A stretch of 61,725 bases of DNA from an uncultured Eubacteriales bacterium (GTDB lineage: Bacteria > Bacillota > Clostridia > Oscillospirales > Butyricicoccaceae): assembly GCA_934636325.1 (NCBI GenBank), contig CAKUAK010000033.1, forward strand, positions 1 through 61,725, read 5' to 3'. A program made the position numbers and the translations under genes. The notes beneath the pieces are model-generated. The model did not search any database, was not told the origin of the DNA, and worked only from the letters and a program-made list of their open reading frames with translations. Positions 1-7,942 of the stretch are shown in pieces; the first letter of the stretch is position 1; each line of letters begins with the position of its first letter.

Positions 1-49
1 AGGCTATGTCCCCCTTCGCCCTCTTACCGAATGATATCTCATGAATAAT

Positions 50-84
50 AAAACCCGCCGCGGGAGCTTCCCGCGGCGGGTTTT
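50..84. terminator. bidirectional rho-independent terminator
   Basis: Perfect 12-bp GC stem CCCGCCGCGGGA (54-65) / TCCCGCGGCGGG (69-80), flanked by an A-run and a T-run. It lies directly 3' of the minus-strand permease gene (stop at 106-108) and 3' of a short open frame entering from the left edge (TGA at 42-44). Confidence 0.75.
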
Positions 85-105
85 ATTATTGGTATGGTAT
101 AGGTG

Positions 106-1086
106 TTACCGCTCCTCGCGGAAATAGGACTGCCCGAGGCTTGCCGGGGGCTGGTTCTCGCGCTTTTTGCGGACGCTTACGGCGACAAGAACGATTATGG
201 TAACGATATAGGGCAGCATCTGGATCAGCGGTATTATCTGCATCGGAACATCTATATAATTGAAAAGGATATAGAGTCCGCCGAAGAGATAGGAACCGAA
301 TATGGCCATATTGGGCTTCCATGTGGCGAAGATGACGATGGCTATGGCAAGCCAGCCGCGGTCGCCGAAGCCGTTGTTCGACCAGATGCCGTTGCTGTAA
401 TCCATGATATAGAAGAGCCCTCCGAGGCCGGCTATCATACCGCCGATGCATGTGGCCATATATTTATACCTTGTGACATTGATGCCGGCAGCGTCGGCTG
501 TGGCGGGGTTCTCGCCGACGGCGCGGAGATGAAGACCGGCACGGGTCTTTTTGAGGAATATGCTGACGGCCACGGCCAGTATGACGGCAAGATAAACAAG
601 GAAGCCATAGGAGAACAGAAGGTCGCCTATCGCGCCCATGCTCTTGGCAAAGGGCAGCGTGACCTTATATGCCTTGGCTATCTTGACAAGAGCCAGATAA
701 GGAACGTCGCTCTTGACGATCTTTATAAGCGAACCGCCGAAGAAGTTGCCGACGCCGACGCCGAAGGTCGTTATGGCAAGGCCTGTGACATTCTGGTTGG
801 CCTTCAGCGTGACGGTCAGGAAGCAATAAAGCAGGGATGTCAGAAGCGAGCCTACAAGGCAGCATATGAGCGGGATCAGCACGGCAAGGAAGTTACTTAA
901 CTGCCCGCCGGAGGTCTGATAGAAAAAGCCGCCGATGACGCCGGAGATGGCGCCGATATACATGATTCCGGGTATACCGAGGTTAAGGTTGCCCGATTTC
1001 TCGGTCAGTATCTCGCCTGTCGAGCCGAACAGCAGCGGAGTGCCCTGAAGTATCGCGCGCTGTATGAAGTTGATGATTATGCCCAT
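106..1086 (-). CDS. ABC transporter permease, BMP/nucleoside-uptake type (second permease, NupQ/YufQ-like)
   Basis: 326-aa polytopic hydrophobic protein. It is the last gene of an SBP-ATPase-permease-permease operon and abuts the upstream permease with a 1-nt gap. Confidence 0.9.
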   Translation of the reverse strand: MGIIINFIQRAILQGTPLLFGSTGEILTEKSGNLNLGIPGIMYIGAISGVIGGFFYQTSGGQLSNFLAVLIPLICCLVGSLLTSLLYCFLTVTLKANQNVTGLAITTFGVGVGNFFGGSLIKIVKSDVPYLALVKIAKAYKVTLPFAKSMGAIGDLLFSYGFLVYLAVILAVAVSIFLKKTRAGLHLRAVGENPATADAAGINVTRYKYMATCIGGMIAGLGGLFYIMDYSNGIWSNNGFGDRGWLAIAIVIFATWKPNMAIFGSYLFGGLYILFNYIDVPMQIIPLIQMLPYIVTIIVLVAVSVRKKRENQPPASLGQSYFREER

Positions 1087-1087
1087 A

Positions 1088-2212
1088 TCAGTTCTCCCCC
1101 TTTGCGGCGGCGCCGTTCTTTCTGTGATGATTCATATGTACCTGGTAGTTTATAAAAAACTCGCAGCCGATGATGAAGAAGAGGATTATGCCGGTCAGGA
1201 TATCGGCAAAGTCGCTGTTGAGGCCGAACTTCGAAGAGACCTCGTCGGCGCCCCTGGCAAGAAAGACGAGCAGCAGGGTCGTCGCCACCATCGAAGCAGG
1301 ATCGAACTTTGCGAGCCACGATACCATGATGGCCGTAAAGCCGCGGCCATCGACAAGGTTGGAGTCGATGGAATGTGAGGAACCGCCGACCAGAAGCAAT
1401 CCGGCAATACCGCACAGCGCACCCGACAGGGCCATCGTCCTCATGATGACCTTCTTGACGTCGATGCCTATGTAATGGGCGGTGTTCTCGCTCTCGCCGA
1501 CGACGGATATCTCATAACCGTGCTTGCTGTACTTCAGATAAATGTACATTATAACGGTGATAAAGCAGACGATGATGATATTGAGCAGATACTTGACACC
1601 GAAGATATCGGGCAGCCAGCCGTGGGTCAGCAGATCGGGGCCGACGACGTTCGATCCGGTCTTGTCGGCGATCTTTAAGAAATACTCGACCAGCTGCATG
1701 GCGACATAGTTCATCATAAGGGTGAAAAGGGTCTCGTTTGTCCCCCATTTGGCCTTAAAGAAGGCCGGGATAACGCCCCAGATCATACCGGCGATAACGG
1801 CCGAGACCGTCATTACAACGATGAGCAGAGGGTCGGGTATGCGTCCGCCGAATACGAACATGCTGACGGCCGTGGCAAGGCATCCGGCAAGCACCTGGCC
1901 CTCCGCGCCGGTATTCCAGAACCTCATGCGGAAGGCAGGGGTAACGGCCAGCGCTATGCAGAGCAGAATGGCAATATCATGCAGGGTAACAAGTGTTCGG
2001 CCTTTACCGAAAGCGCCGTGGAATATAGTCGCAAAAATTGATATCGGATCGTCGCCGGTCAGGACCTTTGTCACTATACCGCAGACGACAAGAGCCATAA
2101 GTATGGCCGCCGCCCGTATTCCAAGAGCCTTTTTGAAGGGGACGTTGTCCCTTTTCGTCACATAGAAAAGCGGTTCACGGCTGTGGTTTTTCTTCTTATT
2201 CATGATGGTCAT
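1088..2212 (-). CDS. ABC transporter permease, BMP/nucleoside-uptake type (first permease, NupP/YufP-like)
   Basis: 374-aa polytopic membrane protein overlapping the ATPase stop. An alternative start at 2203 (ATGAATAA overlap with the ATPase stop) is equally plausible. Confidence 0.9.
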   Translation of the reverse strand: MTIMNKKKNHSREPLFYVTKRDNVPFKKALGIRAAAILMALVVCGIVTKVLTGDDPISIFATIFHGAFGKGRTLVTLHDIAILLCIALAVTPAFRMRFWNTGAEGQVLAGCLATAVSMFVFGGRIPDPLLIVVMTVSAVIAGMIWGVIPAFFKAKWGTNETLFTLMMNYVAMQLVEYFLKIADKTGSNVVGPDLLTHGWLPDIFGVKYLLNIIIVCFITVIMYIYLKYSKHGYEISVVGESENTAHYIGIDVKKVIMRTMALSGALCGIAGLLLVGGSSHSIDSNLVDGRGFTAIMVSWLAKFDPASMVATTLLLVFLARGADEVSSKFGLNSDFADILTGIILFFIIGCEFFINYQVHMNHHRKNGAAAKGEN

Positions 2213-3725
2213 CCTTTACCGCCTTTGTCATAAGCAGCCCTATCTCTTCTTTTTCGGCTGTGCGTCCGTCGACTATGCCGCTTATCTGCCCGCCGCTTAT
2301 GACCATGATGCGGTCACAAAGGGCGATAAGGACGTCGAGATCCTCGCCGACGAATATGACGGCGGCGCCGTTTTCCTTCTGCTGGTTGAGAAGGTTATAT
2401 ATAAGATACGATGAATTGATATCAAGACCCCTTACCGGATAGGCCGCCATAAGGACCGTCGGCGCGGAGGCTATCTCTCGCCCGACAAGGACCTTCTGGA
2501 CATTGCCGCCCGAAAGACGTCTTACCGGCGTCTGGGCGCCGGGAGTGACGACGTCAAGCTCTTCGATTATCTGGTCGGCCAGCTGACGCGGAGGCTGGCG
2601 GTTGAGGAAGGCCGAGCGCCCCTTGCGGTAGCTTCGCAGCATCATGTTATCGACGATATCCATGTTGCCGACAAGGCCCATTCCGAGGCGGTCCTCCGGC
2701 ACGAAGGAAAGCCTTACGCCCAGCTCGCGTATCTGAAGGGGCGTCTTATTGCGCAGATCCTCTGGCTGGCCGGTCTTGGGATCGTGATAAAGTATCTGGC
2801 CCTCGGAAAGCTCCTGAAGCCCGGCGATGGCCTCGAGAAGCTCGCGCTGGCCCGATCCGGCGATACCGGCTATTCCGAGTATCTCGCCGCTGCGCGCCGT
2901 AAAGGATACGTTGTCGAGTATCCGGACGCCGTCGCGGCTGACACATCCGACGCCGCGCACCTCGAGACGATCCTCGACGTCATGGGGCTCGGCGCGGTCG
3001 ATATTGAGGGTGATCTTTTTGCCGACCATCATTTCGGTCAGCTGGGATTCGTTGGTCTCCGATGTCTCGACCGTGCCGATATACTCGCCCTTTCTGAGCA
3101 CAGACACCCGGTCGGAGATGGCAAGGACCTCGTGGAGCTTATGTGTGATGATTATGATAGACTTGCCGTCGTCGCGCATCCTGCGCAGCACGGCAAAGAG
3201 CTTTTCGGTCTCCTGCGGGGTAAGAACGGCCGTAGGCTCGTCGAGGATAAGTATATCGGCGCCGCGATAGAGCACCTTTACGATCTCGACGGTCTGCTTT
3301 TCCGACACCGACATCTCATAGATCTTCTTGCCCGGATCAATGTCGAAACCGTATTTCGAGGATATCTCCTCTACCCTTTTTGTGGCCTCTTTAAGATTAA
3401 AAGGCCTGCCGTCCTCTATGCCGAGGACAATATTCTCGGTGGCGGTGAACACATCGACCAGCTTGAAATGCTGATGGATCATGCCTATGCCATAGCCGAA
3501 GGCGTCTCTCGGCGAAGCGATGACTGCCGGCTGTCCGCCGACAAATATCTCTCCCTCGTCGGGATGGTATATACCTGCGATCATATTCATCAGCGTCGTC
3601 TTGCCGCTGCCGTTTTCACCAAGGATGGCCAGTATCTCACCCGAGCGGACAGAAAGGCTGACCTCACGGTTGGCGACCACCTTCCCGAAACGTTTAGTAA
3701 CGTTGTGTAATTCAAGCGCGTTCAC
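2196..3725 (-). CDS. ABC transporter ATP-binding protein with duplicated ATPase domains
   Basis: Two Walker A motifs (GENGSGKTT, GIAGSGQRE) and two signature motifs (LSVSEKQ, LSGGNVQK). Start reassigned to GTG at 3725, which is preceded by AGGGGG 6 nt upstream. The 32 extra N-terminal codons of the track ORF have no homology-like character. Confidence 0.9.
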   Translation of the reverse strand: MNALELHNVTKRFGKVVANREVSLSVRSGEILAILGENGSGKTTLMNMIAGIYHPDEGEIFVGGQPAVIASPRDAFGYGIGMIHQHFKLVDVFTATENIVLGIEDGRPFNLKEATKRVEEISSKYGFDIDPGKKIYEMSVSEKQTVEIVKVLYRGADILILDEPTAVLTPQETEKLFAVLRRMRDDGKSIIIITHKLHEVLAISDRVSVLRKGEYIGTVETSETNESQLTEMMVGKKITLNIDRAEPHDVEDRLEVRGVGCVSRDGVRILDNVSFTARSGEILGIAGIAGSGQRELLEAIAGLQELSEGQILYHDPKTGQPEDLRNKTPLQIRELGVRLSFVPEDRLGMGLVGNMDIVDNMMLRSYRKGRSAFLNRQPPRQLADQIIEELDVVTPGAQTPVRRLSGGNVQKVLVGREIASAPTVLMAAYPVRGLDINSSYLIYNLLNQQKENGAAVIFVGEDLDVLIALCDRIMVISGGQISGIVDGRTAEKEEIGLLMTKAVKDDHHE

Positions 3726-3766
3726 AAAAAACCCCCTAAACCATTCTGCTCTGCAAAAGTCAAAAT

Positions 3767-3794
3767 ACACAAGGAGAGACCTCTCCCCTTGTGT
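3767..3794 (-). other. intercistronic stem-loop (imperfect)
   Basis: ACACAAGG / CCTTGTGT 8-bp stem with further partial pairing, between the SBP and ATPase genes. Confidence 0.35.
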
Positions 3795-3828
3795 GACTTT
3801 GAGCTTTGCGGAACATTTCAAACATCAG

Positions 3829-3858
3829 AGTCGGCCCTGGTATTTCACAGGGCCGACT
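3829..3858 (-). terminator. intercistronic hairpin: partial terminator or mRNA-stabilising stem-loop after the SBP gene
   Basis: Perfect 11-bp stem AGTCGGCCCTG (3829-3839) / CAGGGCCGACT (3848-3858), 10 nt downstream of the SBP stop. Only a weak U-tract follows, so it probably attenuates rather than fully terminates. Confidence 0.45.
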
Positions 3859-3868
3859 GCATTTTCAA

Positions 3869-5194
3869 TTAGTCGCCGAAGTTGGTGTTCAGGTTCTCTA
3901 CACCATCAATTATGATGTCGAAATAAGGAGCCGAACGGAAATCAACAGCATTAGACTCGTCAAAGTATCCGTCATGGATAACATTTGTCTCGCCCTGGAA
4001 GTCGCCGTCAACATCGGCAAGATACTCTGTCAGATGCTCGCCGTTAACGGTGAAGCTCTCTGTATCAAAGACATGGACTGTGCCGGCCTCGAGATCCTTG
4101 ATGACCTCGTTCATCTTCTCGATGGTGCCGACAGCGGCAACATCCTGGTTGACGCCGCTCAGAACGACCGAGTTGGTGGCAACATCGCCGCACCAGTCAG
4201 AGTCGATCTCTTCGCCGTTTATGACAGTCTCGATGATGTACTGGAAGTAAGGAGCCCAGTTGATGGCCGAGGAAACGATGAATGTCGTCTCGCCGGCGGA
4301 ATATGTGCTGCCGTTATAGGAAACATTGGGGACACCGGCCAGCTCGCAGGCTGTCGGGGCGCCGAGAGAGTCGGCATGCTGGCTGATCAGAACGCAGCCG
4401 TCCTTTTCGATAAGGGCATTGGCGGCTTCCTGCTCTTTGGCCTGGTCATACCAGGAGCCTGTATAACGGACCTTCATCGTTGCGCTCTCGCAGACAGAGC
4501 GGGCGCCCAGATAGAAGGATGTCATGCCGGAGATAACTTCAGCATATGTGAAAGCGCCGACATAGCCGATAACGGCCTGCTCGGCTGTGATCTCGCCGTT
4601 GTCAATCATTTCGTTGAGCTTCATGCCTGCGGCAACGCCGGCCAGATAACGGCCCTCATAGATAGAGGCAAAGGCATTATGGAAGTTTGCGATGCCGGCT
4701 GTCTTGCCGGATGTGCCTGTGGCATGGCAGAACTGGACATCGGGATACTTCTGTGCGGCCTGCTTGATGAAAGACTCGTGGCCGAAAGAATCGGCAAAGA
4801 TGACCTTGCAGCCCTTGTTCTTGGCCAGATCCTCGGCAGCATCATAGCATGTGCTGTCTTCGCCGATACCGGTGACGATAACGACCTGATCGTCATTGAG
4901 GCCGAGGCCCTGCTGGACCTGCTTCAGAGCCTGGATGAAGTTGTTGTCATATGTCGAGTTCTCGTCGTGCAGGCAGATCATACCGATCTTGAAATCCCCG
5001 GGGATCTCGACACTCGATGTGATGTCCTTTCTGGGCAAGACATCATCGCTCATGCCCTTGACCTTGTCTCCAACATCTTCGCCGCCGTTATTTTCGGTAT
5101 TGGCATCATTGTTGTTGCCGGCGTCATTGCTGCCGCAGGCGGCCAATGAGAACAACATCATTGCCGCAAGAAGCAGCGCCAGAAGCTTTTTCAT
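3869..5194 (-). CDS. BMP-family ABC transporter substrate-binding lipoprotein (purine nucleoside/basic membrane protein type)
   Basis: Signal peptide with lipobox (MKKLLALLLAAMMLFSLAAC-GS) followed by an Asn/Asp-rich linker. First gene of the transporter operon, with AGGAAGAA upstream of the ATG. Confidence 0.9.
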   Translation of the reverse strand: MKKLLALLLAAMMLFSLAACGSNDAGNNNDANTENNGGEDVGDKVKGMSDDVLPRKDITSSVEIPGDFKIGMICLHDENSTYDNNFIQALKQVQQGLGLNDDQVVIVTGIGEDSTCYDAAEDLAKNKGCKVIFADSFGHESFIKQAAQKYPDVQFCHATGTSGKTAGIANFHNAFASIYEGRYLAGVAAGMKLNEMIDNGEITAEQAVIGYVGAFTYAEVISGMTSFYLGARSVCESATMKVRYTGSWYDQAKEQEAANALIEKDGCVLISQHADSLGAPTACELAGVPNVSYNGSTYSAGETTFIVSSAINWAPYFQYIIETVINGEEIDSDWCGDVATNSVVLSGVNQDVAAVGTIEKMNEVIKDLEAGTVHVFDTESFTVNGEHLTEYLADVDGDFQGETNVIHDGYFDESNAVDFRSAPYFDIIIDGVENLNTNFGD

Positions 5195-5260
5195 TTTTTC
5201 TTCCTCCGTAGTTTCTCTTTATTTTTACCGCGCGGAACGCGGCAAGAGACAAAACAAAAA

Positions 5261-5836
5261 TCAGTCGATGAACTCGACCCCGCCCTCGGGACTCATGGAG
5301 GCTACCCTTGCAAGGCTCTCTACCCTGACGCCCCTGCCCCTGATGCGCTTTCCGCCGTCCTGGAAGGCCTTTTCGATAAGGATGCCGGCGCCGACGACCA
5401 CGCCGCCCGCCTGCTCGACGATGCTTATGAGACCCTGAAGCGCCTCGCCGTGGGCGAGAAAATCGTCAATAAGAAGGACATGCTCGTCCTCATGCAGGAA
5501 CTCCTTCGATACGATGACCTGGCTCACTGTGCCGTGGGTGTAGGACTTTACCGGCGCGCTGTAAAGGTCATCGGAAACATTAGAGGTCTTGGACTTCTTG
5601 GCAAAGACCAGCGGCACATGAAAGGCCTGTGCCGTCAGACAGGCGATGCCGATGCCCGACGCCTCTATGGTCAGGATCTTGTCGATCTTCTCGCCGTCAA
5701 AAAGGCGGCGGAACTCGGCGGCGAGCTGTTCCATAAGCTCGATGTCCATCTGATGGTTGATAAAGCCGTCTACCCTGAGCACATTCCCGGGCGCGACCTT
5801 GCCTTCACGGCGTATTCTGTCTTCCAGAAGCTTCAT
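5261..5836 (-). CDS. xpt: xanthine phosphoribosyltransferase
   Basis: MKLLEDRIRREGKV... N-terminus and PRPP loop VLLIDDFLAHGEA. Start placed at ATG 5836 (GGAGGACAGG upstream) because the track ORF's 44 extra codons run through the riboswitch terminator. Confidence 0.9.
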   Translation of the reverse strand: MKLLEDRIRREGKVAPGNVLRVDGFINHQMDIELMEQLAAEFRRLFDGEKIDKILTIEASGIGIACLTAQAFHVPLVFAKKSKTSNVSDDLYSAPVKSYTHGTVSQVIVSKEFLHEDEHVLLIDDFLAHGEALQGLISIVEQAGGVVVGAGILIEKAFQDGGKRIRGRGVRVESLARVASMSPEGGVEFID

Positions 5837-5868
5837 AAAGCCTGTCCTCCCAAGTTTTGCGGGGAAAT

Positions 5869-5900
5869 AAAAAAACAGGGGCGCGTCTTTCGCTCCTGCC
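5869..5900 (-). terminator. riboswitch expression-platform terminator
   Basis: On the minus strand, CAGGAGCG-loop-CGC(C)CCTG forms an 8-bp stem with 1 mismatch, followed by UUUUUUU. It lies between the aptamer and the xpt RBS. Confidence 0.7.
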
Positions 5901-5950
5901 AATACATAAACCAGGCAGCGCATCATATATGAACCGCTGCCTTGCCCGTG

Positions 5951-6021
5951 CATCGATAGTCCGGTCATTTACGGCAACCGGGTAGAAACTTCAAAACCGT
6001 ATTTTTTGATATATATCGATA
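5951..6021 (-). promoter_or_regulatory. purine riboswitch aptamer, guanine/xanthine class
   Basis: The minus strand reads UAUCGAUA-UAUA-UCAAAAAAUACGGUUUUGA-AGUUUCUACC-CGGUUGCCGUAAAUGACCGG-ACUAUCGAUG. It matches the B. subtilis xpt G-box core (AGUUUCUACC..CCGUAAAU..GACUAU) with P1, P2 and P3 all able to pair. A C at the specificity position (GAC-UAU) indicates the guanine class. It sits directly 5' of xpt. Confidence 0.9.
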
Positions 6022-6045
6022 AAATCCCGCTTAGTTGTCGAAGAT

Positions 6046-6074
6046 ATTATACCGCCCGGGGCTTTTCTTGTCAA
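6046..6074 (-). promoter_or_regulatory. sigma-A type promoter for riboswitch-xpt
   Basis: Minus strand: TTGACA (6069-6074), 17-nt spacer, TATAAT (6046-6051). Both hexamers are consensus, about 25 nt upstream of the aptamer. Confidence 0.7.
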
Positions 6075-6228
6075 TTCCGGTCGATTTGTCGTTTTGACCG
6101 AAGGATGAAGTATTTTTTTGTGTAGTTTTAACATCATTCGGTTTTGGAGCATAAAAACGCTGCAAACGAGATCTCGTGTGCGGCAATTTGCTCATTATTG
6201 ACGAAAGAATCTATGACCTTATTTCTAT

Positions 6229-6262
6229 AAAAAAATATCGGGGCAAAGCCGAACTTTGCCCC
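6229..6262 (-). terminator. rho-independent terminator after tRNA-Leu
   Basis: GGGGCAAAG / CTTTGCCCC 9-bp stem (6240-6262). On the minus strand it is followed by GAUAUUUUUUU. Confidence 0.7.
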
Positions 6263-6266
6263 GATA

Positions 6267-6348
6267 TGGTGCTGGTGAAGGGACTCGAACCCCCACGGTT
6301 TCCCACCTGATTTTGAGTCAGGCGCGTCTGCCATTCCGCCACACCAGC
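6267..6348 (-). tRNA. tRNA-Leu (anticodon CAA), encoded CCA
   Basis: The reverse complement folds as a cloverleaf: acceptor GCTGGTG/CACCAGC, anticodon stem CCTGA/TCAGG with loop CTCAAAA, a long variable arm, T-loop TTCGAGT, and 3' ACCA. Confidence 0.93.
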
Positions 6349-6362
6349 ATAAATTACAATTT

Positions 6363-6391
6363 ATTATAGTATACTCCCCGCAAAAACGCAA
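6363..6391 (-). promoter_or_regulatory. sigma-A type promoter for tRNA-Leu
   Basis: Minus strand: TTGCGT (6386-6391), 17 nt, TATAAT (6363-6368), about 15 nt upstream of the tRNA 5' end. Confidence 0.6.
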
Positions 6392-6401
6392 TACCTTCGT
6401 T

Positions 6402-6977
6402 TCATTTATTTTGCCGCCTCAGCAGCGGCTGTGAAATCAGAAGATACCCGAAAAGTATGATGGTCCAAAGTCCACCGCCCCTCTGCGCAGACCATGCGGC
6501 CGCGGCCGTCATCGCCATGCATGCTGCCAACGAAACCGCGCCCGATACTGTCCAGCCGATATACGGACCGAAAAAATACTCCAGTGCAAGATACAGCGAC
6601 CGGCCGCCGTCCAGCGGGTATATCGGAAGAAGGTTAAAAAGACACAGGGCAAGATTCATACCGACAAAGGCCCGCGATCCCTCTCCCGCCCCCGACAAAA
6701 GGAAGCACACCGCAAGATTGGCCGCCGGGCCGGCCAGCGCGGCGGCCAGATCGGCCCAATAGGGCGACGCCCCGCCCCTATATCTTATATCGGCGCCCCC
6801 CGGTATGAGTGTGACGGCCTCTATTTTCAGCCCCAGCAGCATCATGCAGGCGGCATGTCCCGCCTCGTGAACAAAGGCCGCCGCAAGGACCGGCCACAGT
6901 CCCCTCCCGCCCAGCACGATCACGACCGCCGCAAAGGGCACAAACATCGGATGGCACTTTATTTTTATATCCATCAC
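6402..6977 (-). CDS. spoIVFB: site-2 (M50) intramembrane metalloprotease, SpoIVFB-like, short form without CBS domain
   Basis: HEAGHA zinc motif in a TM helix plus NLLPIYPLDGG second motif. Only 191 aa. Lies immediately downstream of an M23/LytM-domain membrane protein, as in the spoIVFA-spoIVFB arrangement. Confidence 0.75.
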   Translation of the reverse strand: MMDIKIKCHPMFVPFAAVVIVLGGRGLWPVLAAAFVHEAGHAACMMLLGLKIEAVTLIPGGADIRYRGGASPYWADLAAALAGPAANLAVCFLLSGAGEGSRAFVGMNLALCLFNLLPIYPLDGGRSLYLALEYFFGPYIGWTVSGAVSLAACMAMTAAAAWSAQRGGGLWTIILFGYLLISQPLLRRQNK

Positions 6978-6982
6978 CCCGA

Positions 6983-7924
6983 TCAGAAGGTAAAATATCC
7001 GTTTGGGTCCTGAACATAGCCGTTGTGCCTGACCTCAAAGTGAAGATGCGGCCCGGTGGAATAGCCCGTCGACCCGACAAGGCCGATCTGCTGGCCGGCC
7101 TTGACGCTCTGGCCCTTCTTAACGCTTATTTTGCTCAAATGCGCGTAATTGGTGAGAAATCCGCCCTCATGAGATATCTTGACATAATTGCCGTTAATAT
7201 TGCCGAAGCCCGTTTCGGCCACCGTCCCGGCAGCGGCGGCCGTCACCTTTGTTCCCGAAGAGGCCGCCATATCGACACCGTAATGAAAGGTCGTGTTGCC
7301 GCTTATCGGATGTACCCGATAGCCGTAAGGCGATGTTATGCGATAGCTTTTAAGGGGCAGCCGAAAGGTATATCCGGGCTGATAGATATTATCGTCGACT
7401 ATATCGGGGCTTGGGATGCGGAAGGCCTCGTTGGGTGTACCGTCATATTCTTCCTCTTCGTCAAAGCCGATATCGTCGTATGTCTCTCCCCTCGGGGGCG
7501 GCGATTCGCTTATACCAAAGGCAAGGCCGGAGATATCCCCGGCCCTGCTGTCCCCCGCCATATTCCCGAAAAGGACGCCGGAGGTCGGCTGTTCTCCGGC
7601 GTCGGCATCAACATCGGCATTATCCTCAAGCCCGAGGATCAGGCGGCCGAAAACCAGCATGGCATTATCATCGCCGTCATCTTTACCGGAAAAGACACGC
7701 CCGAGGGTCTCGGCCGCCTTTTCGAGATCGGTATTCCCGGCGATCACCTCGGAAAGCCTTTCCCGTGCCCTGTACAGCGGACCGGAGGACGCATAGCGCA
7801 TGGCCAGCGACAGGGCGATCACAATGATGAATATAAGCGGCTTGACCGACCCCGCCGCCGCGATCTTTCGTGAACTCCGCTTCTTTACGGAATACCGGCT
7901 TCGGCTTTTACGGCGAGCAGCCAT
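6983..7924 (-). CDS. membrane-anchored M23 (LytM) family peptidase, SpoIVFA/SpoIIQ-like
   Basis: Basic N-terminus and a single TM (PLIFIIVIALSLAM), an acidic linker, and a C-terminal LytM domain with intact HYGVD (HxxxD) and GPHLHFEV (HxH) motifs. Confidence 0.85.
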   Translation of the reverse strand: MAARRKSRSRYSVKKRSSRKIAAAGSVKPLIFIIVIALSLAMRYASSGPLYRARERLSEVIAGNTDLEKAAETLGRVFSGKDDGDDNAMLVFGRLILGLEDNADVDADAGEQPTSGVLFGNMAGDSRAGDISGLAFGISESPPPRGETYDDIGFDEEEEYDGTPNEAFRIPSPDIVDDNIYQPGYTFRLPLKSYRITSPYGYRVHPISGNTTFHYGVDMAASSGTKVTAAAAGTVAETGFGNINGNYVKISHEGGFLTNYAHLSKISVKKGQSVKAGQQIGLVGSTGYSTGPHLHFEVRHNGYVQDPNGYFTF

Positions 7925-7942
7925 AGATACCCACCTCCGTTA

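Noticed and set aside
1-44. A short open frame entering from the left edge and ending at TGA 42-44 (…AMSPFALLPNDIS*).
   Set aside because: Only 13 codons are visible. The downstream bidirectional terminator is compatible with a plus-strand gene ending here, but no product can be inferred.
5837-5968. N-terminal extension of the xpt ORF (44 codons), and similar extensions of the ABC ATPase (3726-3821), stp, def, gmk, spo0A (40645-40815), mnmA (44486-44569), uppS, uvrA and uvrB ORFs.
   Set aside because: The extensions run through a riboswitch terminator, consensus promoters or upstream genes. Internal ATG/GTG codons with good SDs reproduce the canonical family N-termini.
6091-6144. PurBox-like sequences (CATCATTCGGTTTT, GTTTTGACCGAAGG) upstream of the xpt promoter.
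   Set aside because: Each has two or more mismatches to the AWWWCCGAACWWT consensus as I remember it, and the spacing and orientation are not the canonical inverted pair. This is too weak to call without a genome-wide matrix scan.
6134-6391. An 85-aa minus-strand ORF.
   Set aside because: It is read straight through the tRNA-Leu gene, its promoter and its terminator. The tRNA cloverleaf explains the sequence.
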